Part shown: piece after piece, positions 40,441 to 49,416 of the stretch | Layout: each line of letters starts with the position of its first letter | Numbering within the stretch: the first letter of the stretch is position 1 | From: Vulcanimicrobiota bacterium | GTDB taxonomy: Bacteria > Vulcanimicrobiota > Vulcanimicrobiia > Vulcanimicrobiales > Vulcanimicrobiaceae | NCBI GenBank assembly: GCA_963812155.1 | Contig: CAWETW010000003.1 | Coordinates: 1,184,001 to 1,248,000 of the forward strand | Direction of reading: 5' to 3' | DNA length: 64,000 nt | Notes under the pieces: generated by a model | Told to the model about the DNA's origin: nothing | Database searches by the model: none | Seen by the model: the letters and a program-made list of their open reading frames with translations, nothing else | Program-made: the position numbers and the translations under genes

Positions 40441-42969
40441 ATGAGGAAACTCATTATGCGCGCACGCGCCTGCTGCGCGCTGCTCGCGCTCTCCGGCATC
40501 CTGGTCCCCTGCGCCGCACTCGCGGCCGCAGCGGTCGACGTCACCGGCACGGTCACCGCGCCCGACGGCACCCCGGTCGCGGGCGCTTTGGTGACGCTCT
40601 CCGCGCCCGGTCGCATGAAGTCCGCAACGACCGACGCGCGCGGCTCGTTCGCGATCTCCGGCGTCACGTTCGGCACCTATGCGGTGCACGCCGCCGCTCC
40701 CGGTTTTGCAACGATCTCGGAGCAGACCGTCACGATCGACGAGCGGAGTTCGACGATCTCGGTGGTGCTCGAACGCGCGACCACCAACTCGCTCACGGTG
40801 ATCGGCCACGTGCGCGCGTCGGCGGGCGAAACCGTCTCGACCGCATCGGCGCCCAGCGTGACCCTCAGCGCGCAGGATGCGGCAGCGGCGGGCGTGACGG
40901 CGGTTTCTTCGATGGTATGGAATCAGTTGAATACGACGCCGGTCATTCCGCTGGGCGGAGGCAGTAACGCAACTGCAGCCTTCGCGCTGCGCGGGCCGGA
41001 CCCGACCGAAACGCTGGTCGATATCGACGGACACGCGATGAATAACGGAAACACGGGCGACTACGATCTCTCGCTGCTCGATCCGGCCGCACTGCAAAAC
41101 GTACAGCTGGTCTATGGAATCGCACCGTCGTCACTGGTCGGCCCCGACACGCTCGGCGGCGCAATCAACGTGCAGACGCTGCAGCCGACGCTCGCGCCGC
41201 ACGCGCTGGTACGCCTCTTCGGCGGCTCCTACGGAAGCTTCGGTGAGACCGCGCAGGCCACCGGTTCCGATCAGCTCTTCGGGTACGCGCTCTCGTTTCA
41301 CGGCGCGTCGTCGAACGGATCGATCAATCAAACCGTTCTAGCGCCTCCCGACGCCGGCGCGCCGCCGGCGCGGCACGAGACGCTGCAATCCGTCGGCAGC
41401 GACTCATACGGAACGTCGTTCATATCGAAGCTGCGCTATCAACTCGGCGGCGACCAAGGCTACGGGTATCTGCAGCTCAATTTTCGCAATCAAGCGATTT
41501 CCAAGGACGACTCCGCGCTGCTGACGACGTATACGCCGCCGGGCTTTGAAGGCGGCGGCGGCGACGACGCCGTCCCCGGCAAAGCCAACCCCAACGACTT
41601 ACCGCTCCTCGGCGGTTACCAAAGTTTCGCCGGCACGAACCTCACGGCGCACCAATCGAACTACGGATTCGACGCGCAGGTTCCATTGGGCAACGAAAAA
41701 CTCGACGGCGCGCCCGCGACGATGCTGCTGTTGAGCCATCTCACGTCGGTGAACTCGCAATCGGTCGACGGTCCCGGCGAAGGCGCGCAGCCCTACCTTT
41801 ATAACCAGCACGACTCATTGGGCGACGACTGGCTCGAGATCGACCATCGCTTTCCCTCGGGCTTGCTCTCATTCAAGTACGATTTAGGGACGGAGTCGCT
41901 CACGACGAACTACGTGCAAAGCCAAATCACCGCCGAGCTGGTGCACGCTCCCGTTCGCGCCAATGCATTTTCGCCGAACGACGAAGGGCCGCCAGTCAAC
42001 AACCTGGGGCTATCGCAGACCACGCGCTCGATGGTGCTACGGTACAACGGCGACCCGACCAGCCAGATTCACTATTCGCTGGCTGCGTATTACAGCAACT
42101 ACAGCACGTTCGGGACGAGCTTCGACCCGCGCGGCAGCGTCGTGTGGACGCCGACGGGCAGCACCTCGCTGCGCGCGTCGATCGGTTCGACGTTCCAGAC
42201 GCCGCAACTTTCCGAGCTGGTCGTGCTCCCGCCGGCCGACCGGGTTCCCGTCGGCGGCATCATCTTCATCGGAAACGCGAATCTCAAACCCGATTTCGCC
42301 ACCGAATACGATTTCGGCGGCGAACAGATCTTCGGCCGCCTGGGGCATCAGCTGCACCTCTCCGCGGACATCTACCAAACGAACTTGCGCGGACCGGCCA
42401 ATCAGCTCGAGGTCGACCCCGTCCCGGGCTGTCAAAGCGACCGGCATCCCAACCGCATCTGTCCGCTGAGTTACCCGGTCAACGCGGGCAACGGTACCTA
42501 CCGCGGGATCGATCTCACTGCGGAGCAGCAACTCGGTCCCTCGTTCCGGCTGCGCGCCGGTTGGGACGTCGACAGTTCCTTCATCACGGCCGTTCCGGAG
42601 AATATTCAAGACGGAACGCTCGTCATCGGCGAACAGACGCTCGGACAACCGTTGCACAAGGCGTACTTCGGCGTGGATCGACAGGTGCCGCAAGGTCTCG
42701 TCTACGGCGCGCAGCTCAACTACGAGGGTTGGTACAACGAACTCAACCGCACGCCGTACGCTACCCTCGACGCGCACGTCGCCTACCGTCACGGTGGCTA
42801 CGAGTTCGGCGTCTACGGAACCAATCTGACCAACGTCTACGCGACGCCGTTCACCATCGTCGGCGGCGGCGTACTCTACGGCACGGTGCCGGGCAATCCG
42901 ATGATCACACCCAACGCCTTCAATCTCGAGGGAGCGAAGCTCGTTTTCGTAATCACGCGCTCAATTTAA
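40441..42969 (+). CDS. TonB-dependent receptor with N-terminal carboxypeptidase-regulatory-like domain
   Basis: Signal peptide, plug (LRG..TLVDIDG..LGGAIN), GNANLKPD and NLTN barrel motifs. Confidence 0.88.
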   Translation: MRKLIMRARACCALLALSGILVPCAALAAAAVDVTGTVTAPDGTPVAGALVTLSAPGRMKSATTDARGSFAISGVTFGTYAVHAAAPGFATISEQTVTIDERSSTISVVLERATTNSLTVIGHVRASAGETVSTASAPSVTLSAQDAAAAGVTAVSSMVWNQLNTTPVIPLGGGSNATAAFALRGPDPTETLVDIDGHAMNNGNTGDYDLSLLDPAALQNVQLVYGIAPSSLVGPDTLGGAINVQTLQPTLAPHALVRLFGGSYGSFGETAQATGSDQLFGYALSFHGASSNGSINQTVLAPPDAGAPPARHETLQSVGSDSYGTSFISKLRYQLGGDQGYGYLQLNFRNQAISKDDSALLTTYTPPGFEGGGGDDAVPGKANPNDLPLLGGYQSFAGTNLTAHQSNYGFDAQVPLGNEKLDGAPATMLLLSHLTSVNSQSVDGPGEGAQPYLYNQHDSLGDDWLEIDHRFPSGLLSFKYDLGTESLTTNYVQSQITAELVHAPVRANAFSPNDEGPPVNNLGLSQTTRSMVLRYNGDPTSQIHYSLAAYYSNYSTFGTSFDPRGSVVWTPTGSTSLRASIGSTFQTPQLSELVVLPPADRVPVGGIIFIGNANLKPDFATEYDFGGEQIFGRLGHQLHLSADIYQTNLRGPANQLEVDPVPGCQSDRHPNRICPLSYPVNAGNGTYRGIDLTAEQQLGPSFRLRAGWDVDSSFITAVPENIQDGTLVIGEQTLGQPLHKAYFGVDRQVPQGLVYGAQLNYEGWYNELNRTPYATLDAHVAYRHGGYEFGVYGTNLTNVYATPFTIVGGGVLYGTVPGNPMITPNAFNLEGAKLVFVITRSI

Positions 42970-42970
42970 A

Positions 42971-42998
42971 CCTTCGACTGCGGCGCTCAGGGTGACAC
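42971..42998. repeat. Second, internally deleted copy of the REP-like element
   Basis: CCTTCGACTGCGGCGC+TCAGGGTGACAC is identical to 24609-24624 plus 24661-24672. Confidence 0.7.
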
Positions 42999-43595
42999 GG
43001 GAGGCGGGGGCGACGAGTTCGGATTCCAGCGGTATTCCGGCTCGTTGCGGTCGTGGTTGATCCAACGAGACCAGACGAAGAGCGCGTCGGAGAGACGATT
43101 GAGAAAGCGCGCGGCTTCGACCGGTACCGCTTCGGTTTCGGCCAGTGCGACGAGACGGCGTTCGGCGCGGCGGCAGGTCGTGCGCGCGACGTGCAGTTGC
43201 GCGCCCGGGAGCGATCCGCTCGGGAGAATGAAGGCGTTGAGCGGCGCGAGATCCGCTTCAGCCTCGTCGATCCCGCGCTCGAGCGCGGCAACTCCGGCGT
43301 CGCCGGCGCCGGGCCCGCCGTCGCCGAGATCCTCCGGCGGAGTCGCCAAGCGGCTTCCGAGGTTGAATAGCACGTCTTGCGTCCATGCCAGCCATGCGTC
43401 GAGCCGCGCGGCTCGAGGCGACTGGTTGCAGAACGCGCGCAACTCGGCCCGAGCAACGCCGATCGCGCTCGATAGTTCGTCGACGGTTCCGTAGGCGTCG
43501 ATGCGCGGCGCGTTCTTCTTGATGCGCGCGCCGCCCACGAGTCCGGTCGTTCCCGCATCGCCGGTGCGGGTGTAGATGCGCGTATGCTTCGGCAT
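42987..43595 (-). CDS. PduO-type ATP:cob(I)alamin adenosyltransferase
   Basis: IYTRTGDAG, AYGTVDEL, FILP, CRRAERR and LNRLSDALF motifs. Confidence 0.93.
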   Translation of the reverse strand: MPKHTRIYTRTGDAGTTGLVGGARIKKNAPRIDAYGTVDELSSAIGVARAELRAFCNQSPRAARLDAWLAWTQDVLFNLGSRLATPPEDLGDGGPGAGDAGVAALERGIDEAEADLAPLNAFILPSGSLPGAQLHVARTTCRRAERRLVALAETEAVPVEAARFLNRLSDALFVWSRWINHDRNEPEYRWNPNSSPPPPVSP

Positions 43596-43687
43596 CCGGC
43601 GAGGCTTCGCCGAACGCGCGTCCATCCCCGGAACGTTCGCTCGTGAGGGAAGGCGGCCCGCCGCACGCGCGCGAAGCGGGGCCGGTC

Positions 43688-45151
43688 ATGTCGCAAGCCC
43701 CAGGATCGGCCGTCCTCAGGGAGATTCCTTCGAAAGCGGCCGACCTCTCCGCATGGTACACCGCCGTCTGTTTGCGTGCCGAGCTCGTCTCGTACTCGCC
43801 GGTCCGCGGTTGCATCGTGCTGCGCCCCTACGGATACGGCCTGTGGGAGAATTTGCAGAAAGATCTCGACGCGCGCTTCAAAGCGACCGGACACGAAAAC
43901 GCCTACTTTCCGCTCTTCATTCCCGAGAGTCTGCTCGCAAAGGAAGCCGAGCACGTCGAAGGCTTCGCCCCGGAGGTCGCCTGGGTAACGCGCGGCGGCA
44001 GCGAAGAGCTGACCGAGCCGCTGGCAATCCGGCCGACGTCGGAAGTCGTGATCGGCACGATGTACGCGCAATGGATCGAGTCGTACCGCGATCTGCCGAT
44101 CCTCATCAATCAGTGGGCGAACGTCGTGCGGTGGGAAAAGGCTACGCGGCCGTTTCTGCGCACGATGGAGTTTTTGTGGCAGGAGGGTCACACCGCGCAC
44201 GCCTCTGCAGAAGAAGCGCGCGCCGAAACGCTGCAAATGCTCGACGTCTATCGCGACTTCGCCGAAAACGTCGCGGCGGTACCGGTATACGCCGGCATCA
44301 AAAGCGAGAGCGAGCGGTTTCCCGGCGCGGTCGAAACGTATTCGATCGAAGCGCTCATGCCCGACGGGCGCGCGCTGCAGTCGGCAACTTCGCACGATCT
44401 GGGGCAGAACTTCGCGAAAGCCTACGACATTACGTTTGCCGACGCGAGCCAGCAGATCAAGCACGCGTACACGACCTCGTGGGGGATGTCGTGGCGCATG
44501 CTCGGCGCCCTCATCATGACGCACGGCGACGACCGCGGTTTGCGCATCCCGCCGAAGATGGCGCCGCTCGAAGCGGTGTTCGTTCCGATCGTACGCTCGC
44601 AGGACGACCGGGCCATTTCGGTCTGCCGCGAGGCTTGCGAAGAACTGCGCAAGGCCGGCTTTCGCGTGCGCGTCGACGAGCGCGATCAGCAACCCGGCTG
44701 GAAGTACAGCGAGTGGGACGTGCGCGGCGTCCCGGTGCGAATCGAGGTGGGTCCGCGCGACGTGGATGCGGGAACGGTGGTTGTCGTCCGGCGCGATCGC
44801 GACAAAGGACATCCCGAGCAGCGGACCACGGTCGCGCTCGAAGCGCTCGCGCGAACCCTGCCGGAGATACTCGACGCCGTGCAGGCGTCGCTCTATGCAG
44901 ACGCCGCCGCCTTTCTCCGCAATCACACGCCGCCGGCGCACGACCGGGACGCGTTTCTTTCGATGTGCCGCGAACGCGCCGGGATGATCGACATTCCGTG
45001 GTGCGGACGGCCGTCGTGCGAGGCCCACGTGAAGGCAGAAACGGGAGCGACGACACGAAACCTCCGGCCGCTCGCCGAAGGGGCCGGAAGCCGCTGCGTC
45101 GCGTGCGGCGAACCTGCGAAAGTGAGCGCATATTTTGCTCAGTCGTATTAA
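43688..45151 (+). CDS. proS: Proline-tRNA ligase, archaeal/eukaryotic-type
   Basis: RPTSE, QWANVVRWE, EFLWQEGHT, TSWG and C-terminal FAQSY; no INS editing domain. Confidence 0.96.
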   Translation: MSQAPGSAVLREIPSKAADLSAWYTAVCLRAELVSYSPVRGCIVLRPYGYGLWENLQKDLDARFKATGHENAYFPLFIPESLLAKEAEHVEGFAPEVAWVTRGGSEELTEPLAIRPTSEVVIGTMYAQWIESYRDLPILINQWANVVRWEKATRPFLRTMEFLWQEGHTAHASAEEARAETLQMLDVYRDFAENVAAVPVYAGIKSESERFPGAVETYSIEALMPDGRALQSATSHDLGQNFAKAYDITFADASQQIKHAYTTSWGMSWRMLGALIMTHGDDRGLRIPPKMAPLEAVFVPIVRSQDDRAISVCREACEELRKAGFRVRVDERDQQPGWKYSEWDVRGVPVRIEVGPRDVDAGTVVVVRRDRDKGHPEQRTTVALEALARTLPEILDAVQASLYADAAAFLRNHTPPAHDRDAFLSMCRERAGMIDIPWCGRPSCEAHVKAETGATTRNLRPLAEGAGSRCVACGEPAKVSAYFAQSY

Positions 45152-45701
45152 GGCAGTGCCGTTGGCCGCGATGCTGGCGGCCGTCACGGCGTTCGCGTCG
45201 CCTTCGGCGCGAGCGGCCGTCCCGTCGCTGGCCGACGTGGACGCGACGGCTCGCGCGTCGGGCAATCGGATCGACGTCGCCACCCGCATCGGCGAGAGCA
45301 TCTTCGCGACTTCCTGGCCGGCGCAAGTCAGCCAAGTTTCCGCCAATCAAATGGATCGGCACTTAATCGTCGGCATACGCCTCTGGGGCGTGAAGTTTCA
45401 CGACGAAATGACGCGGCGGGAGTTCGTCACCGAGGTCACCGACCTCATCGCCCGAGCGTACGCGGCGGCACCTGCGGTCGAAGAGGTCGACGTCTGGGCG
45501 AGCGTGCCGATCGAAGTCGCTAGAGGCGAAATCGTCAGCGGCGACCTAGCGGTTCCCACGTCGCGAACCGTCTTCAGCATCACCTCGCGTCGCGGCGAGG
45601 CGGCCGCCGAGATCGAAACGCGCGCGAGCGGCCAGCGCGAAGGCGTGTTCTGGGACGAAGAATGGGCGCGCACTGCGTTTGCGAAACAGGAGGCACTCTA
45701 G
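45135..45701 (+). CDS. Hypothetical secreted protein
   Basis: Signal-like N-terminus; fills the gap in the operon. Confidence 0.6.
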   Translation: MLSRIKAVPLAAMLAAVTAFASPSARAAVPSLADVDATARASGNRIDVATRIGESIFATSWPAQVSQVSANQMDRHLIVGIRLWGVKFHDEMTRREFVTEVTDLIARAYAAAPAVEEVDVWASVPIEVARGEIVSGDLAVPTSRTVFSITSRRGEAAAEIETRASGQREGVFWDEEWARTAFAKQEAL

Positions 45702-45709
45702 CCAAACCG

Positions 45710-46966
45710 ATGTATCGCAAAACGACGTTTCCCAGTGGATTGCGCGTGCTGACCGAAGCCATGCCTTCGGTGCGCTCGGTTTCGATCGGCATTTGGGCGG
45801 ACGTCGGCTCGGCGGCTGAAACCCACGACCGGCGCGGCATCTCGCATCTCGTCGAGCACATGCTGTTCAAGGGCACGCAGCGCCGCAGCGCGCGTGCGAT
45901 TGCCGAGACCATGGACGGCGTCGGCGGGAATCTCAACGCCTTCACCGACAAAGAATCGACCTGCTACTACGCCAAAGTCATAGACCGCCACGCACCGCTG
46001 GCGCTGGACGTGCTCGCCGACATGTTTCTCAACTCGGTCTTCGACTCGGCCGAACTCGGCAAAGAGCAAAAGGTCGTGCTCGAAGAGATCAAGATGTACG
46101 AGGACTCGCCCGACGAACTGATCCACGACCTCTTTCTGCAAACGATGTGGAGCGGCGCGAATCTGGGCGAGCCGACGATTGGATTCACCGACACCGTCGT
46201 GCGGTTTACCCCCGACGATTTGCGCGCCCACATGAAACGGCACTACGCGCCCAACGCCGTCGTCGTCGCGGCGGCCGGAAACCTCGAGCACGAGCACTTC
46301 GCGGAAATGGTGGAACGGGAGTTCGCCGCCTTCGGGGGCGCGTGCGTCCAGCCGCGACCCGAAGCGCCCCAAACGACCCCGAACCGTTTGATCCGCCACA
46401 AGGACTCGGAACAGGCTTACGTGGTGGTGGGCACGCGAGGTCTTTCGGTGCGCGACGAACGGCGCTACTCGCTGTCGTTGCTCGATACGCTGCTCGGCGG
46501 CGGCATGTCGAGCCGTCTCTTTCAAGAGATTCGCGAAAAGCGTGGCCTGGTCTACACGGTCTATTCCTTCCAAGCCGCATACCGCGGCGCCGGACTCTTC
46601 GGGGTTTACGCCGGCACGTCGCCCGAAAACGTGCAGTCGTATCTCGATCTGGTGTCCGAGCAGTTTACGAAGGTGCGTAATCTGCGGGTGGATTCCGGCG
46701 AACTGCGCCTCGCCAAGGAGCACGTCAAAGGAAACCTCACGCTCTCGCTCGAGTCGACCTCGAGCCGCATGATTCGTTTGGGCCGCAACGAGTTCGCGCT
46801 GGGGCGGCACGTTACGCCGGAAGAAATCGAACAGCGTATTGACGCGGTCACCGCCGGCGAGGTGCAAGAGCTGGCGAACGAATTGCTCGCGGAAAAGAAT
46901 CTGGGACTATGCGTCATCGGCCCGGTCGACGAGTCGGCGATCGCGTGGAACCGTGACGCCGCTTAG
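45710..46966 (+). CDS. M16 family zinc peptidase
   Basis: HLVEHMLFKGT, NAFT and SSRLFQEIREKRGLVY motifs. Confidence 0.94.
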   Translation: MYRKTTFPSGLRVLTEAMPSVRSVSIGIWADVGSAAETHDRRGISHLVEHMLFKGTQRRSARAIAETMDGVGGNLNAFTDKESTCYYAKVIDRHAPLALDVLADMFLNSVFDSAELGKEQKVVLEEIKMYEDSPDELIHDLFLQTMWSGANLGEPTIGFTDTVVRFTPDDLRAHMKRHYAPNAVVVAAAGNLEHEHFAEMVEREFAAFGGACVQPRPEAPQTTPNRLIRHKDSEQAYVVVGTRGLSVRDERRYSLSLLDTLLGGGMSSRLFQEIREKRGLVYTVYSFQAAYRGAGLFGVYAGTSPENVQSYLDLVSEQFTKVRNLRVDSGELRLAKEHVKGNLTLSLESTSSRMIRLGRNEFALGRHVTPEEIEQRIDAVTAGEVQELANELLAEKNLGLCVIGPVDESAIAWNRDAA

Positions 46967-47876
46967 GATCGTCAGCGAGACGCACGCCGGTTTTCCTTTT
47001 TGGACCTGGCAGCTCGTCGTTGCCCTGATCGTCAACGCGATCGTTCAGGCAATACAGATCGGCGCCTATGCGGCGCGGCTGGCGGGCGTTCGCACCGGTC
47101 GCATCGCCACCTCGATCTCGCTCTTCAACCTCTTCGTCACGGCCAGCCGCCTTGCGACGCTCGTGTATACGTTGATGCTCGGTCCGCTTGCCGACGCCGC
47201 CGGCAATACGGTCAAGGCGCTTCTGCCGCGCGTACCCGCTGCGGCGATTGCACCGCTGCGAGCGGACGCCATCGCGGGCGTGCAGCACACGTTCGAGTGG
47301 CAGCTGCGAGCGATTATCATTGCAGGTACGATCGGAACCGTCATCGGCAGCCTGCTGCTGCCGGCATTCACCTACACGTACGTGCGCGGCGTGCGCTCCT
47401 TCGAGCGCACGAAATCGGTCCCGCATTCGCTCGTGCGGCTCTTCAACGTGCGGGTGATCGGCGCAATCTTCCAACGAATTCGCGTGCCGCACTATCGCGA
47501 GATTTTTGCGTTCTCGACGACCGGCATCCCGCGCCGCCTGCTGATATTCAACGTCGTGGTCACCGGCGTCTACGCGATCGGCGTGGTAGCTGCATACTAT
47601 GCCAGCGTCTTGGACGTCAACGTCGCGCGTACCGCGATCGGCATTTCGGGCATCGTCAACGGCATCGGGACGGTTGCGTTTACCCTCTTCGTCGATCCCA
47701 CGTCGTCGATCATCGTCGACGAAGCCGTTAAGGGCGAACGCCCGCACGGCGAAGTGAAATCCATGGTCTTCTACCTGGCGGCATCGGCGATCGTCGGCTG
47801 GCTGCTTTCGCAGCTCATCCTGTGGCCGGCGGCGGAAATAATCAAGGTAGTGGCGCATTTGGTGAACCGTGGATGA
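46953..47876 (+). CDS. amj: Amj-family (DUF2837) lipid II flippase
   Basis: RLAGVRTGRIATSISLFN, SGIVNG and FVDP motifs. Confidence 0.82.
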   Translation: MTPLRIVSETHAGFPFWTWQLVVALIVNAIVQAIQIGAYAARLAGVRTGRIATSISLFNLFVTASRLATLVYTLMLGPLADAAGNTVKALLPRVPAAAIAPLRADAIAGVQHTFEWQLRAIIIAGTIGTVIGSLLLPAFTYTYVRGVRSFERTKSVPHSLVRLFNVRVIGAIFQRIRVPHYREIFAFSTTGIPRRLLIFNVVVTGVYAIGVVAAYYASVLDVNVARTAIGISGIVNGIGTVAFTLFVDPTSSIIVDEAVKGERPHGEVKSMVFYLAASAIVGWLLSQLILWPAAEIIKVVAHLVNRG

Positions 47877-48532
47877 GCGGGGTACCGATGCATAGGTGGG
47901 TCGCCGCATTGGCGCTGGCATTTGGAGTGACGGGATGCGCGGCCTCGATTCAGGAGTGGATCGTGAACGAGCGCGTGCACCAAGGCCAGATCGCGCTCGA
48001 GCGCGGCGACGTGCGGGATGCCGAGCTCGCGTACAGCTTGGCGCTGCGCGTCGATCCCCAGGATCCACGGGCGCAAGCTGGTTACGTGCGCGCGGCGGCT
48101 GGTTTCGCGCAGGCGCAGTACGCCAAAGGAAACTTCGAGGATGCGCTGGCAACGATCCGCGACGGTCTTGCGATCGATCCGCAGAGCGTGCACTTAGCCG
48201 CGCTCAGGCGGACGATCGAAGCGGCCCGTCTCGAGCGCGAGATCGTCGTGTCGAACTATCCCAGTTATCGAGAGGCCGGTTCGGCGTTGGCGCGCTCGTA
48301 CGAACAGCTGCAGGTGACGAACAAGCAGTTGATACGCAGTCTGAAGCGCTTCGCCAACACGTTCGACGATGCGGATCTCGTCAGCGCGATCAAGCGAAGC
48401 TACGAGCTGCAGCTCGACGTGGCCAAGAACGCGAACCGTCTGATTGCCTACCGCCAGCTCGTAACGTCGGGCGTGCCGGCGAATGCCTCCGAGGCGGCGC
48501 CGTCGACGACGTCGCTGCTTCCGCTGCCCTAG
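47873..48532 (+). CDS. TPR-like lipoprotein
   Basis: Lipobox VTGC; TPR-like ALRVDP and GLAIDP helices. Confidence 0.7.
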   Translation: MSGVPMHRWVAALALAFGVTGCAASIQEWIVNERVHQGQIALERGDVRDAELAYSLALRVDPQDPRAQAGYVRAAAGFAQAQYAKGNFEDALATIRDGLAIDPQSVHLAALRRTIEAARLEREIVVSNYPSYREAGSALARSYEQLQVTNKQLIRSLKRFANTFDDADLVSAIKRSYELQLDVAKNANRLIAYRQLVTSGVPANASEAAPSTTSLLPLP

Positions 48533-48544
48533 GAGCCCGCTCTT

Positions 48545-49327
48545 ATGGTCGAATGGCTCGACACCGTACCAGCCTTCGTTTCCGGAACGGTTATCGTGGC
48601 GGGATTCGTTGCGGTCTCGCTGCTCATCGCCTACGTCGTCGACAAGGCAACGCCGCGAGAACTCCGCATCGAGCACAACGATTTGGCCGGATTCATCCTG
48701 GCGGTCATCGGGGTCATCTATGCGGTGCTGATCGCCTTCGTAACGATCGGCGTGTGGGATCGCTTCGAGGTCGCCGAATCGCGCAGTTACGAGGAGGCGG
48801 CGGCACTCACGTCAATCTATCGCGACGCATCCTCGTTCGAACAGAGCCGCGAACTGCGCGCGGCGGTCCGCAGCTACGTCGACGAGTTGCTGGCCGACGA
48901 GTGGCCGCGGATGGCGCGCGGAGAAGAATCTCCGCGCGTCGACACAAAAATGGAACGGATCGATGCGATGGTGCGCGGCCTGAAAGTCGACTCACAGTCG
49001 CGCCAGGACGTGCACGACCAGATGCTGGCAGAACTCAACGTGGCGCTCGGCGACCGCGACGCGCGCCTGGCCGAAGATGCCACCGGCCTCAACGGCGTTA
49101 TGTGGTTCGTTCTCCTGCTCGGGGCGTTCGTCACCATCGGATTTACGAGTCTGTTCGGATTCCGGCACGACGCCATGCAATACGTCATGATCGGGACGCT
49201 CGCGCTGCTCATTGGGCTCGTGCTCTTTCTGGCGATCGCGCTCAACTATCCGTATCGCGGCGCGGTCACCGTCGATCCAAAAGCATTTCACACGGCTTTG
49301 CGCACCTTCGACGCCCTCGGGCCCTAG
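48545..49327 (+). CDS. DUF4239 (bestrophin-like) membrane protein
   Basis: GVIYAVLIAF, EEAAAL, YVD..DEW and LNYPYRG motifs. Confidence 0.8.
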   Translation: MVEWLDTVPAFVSGTVIVAGFVAVSLLIAYVVDKATPRELRIEHNDLAGFILAVIGVIYAVLIAFVTIGVWDRFEVAESRSYEEAAALTSIYRDASSFEQSRELRAAVRSYVDELLADEWPRMARGEESPRVDTKMERIDAMVRGLKVDSQSRQDVHDQMLAELNVALGDRDARLAEDATGLNGVMWFVLLLGAFVTIGFTSLFGFRHDAMQYVMIGTLALLIGLVLFLAIALNYPYRGAVTVDPKAFHTALRTFDALGP

Positions 49328-49416
49328 GAAGGTCCGATTAGTCCCGACTCGTCGTCAGCTCGGGGGCTCATTTGCCATAGCAAACTTCACCCCTCGCTTC
49401 CTAGATTCGGAACAAA

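Noticed and set aside
42953..45346. Long antisense or alternate-frame ORFs (797 aa here; also 28651-30396, 15271-17019, 60648-62759)
   Set aside because: Shadows of real genes caused by high GC and few stop codons; Arg/Ala-rich with no motifs.
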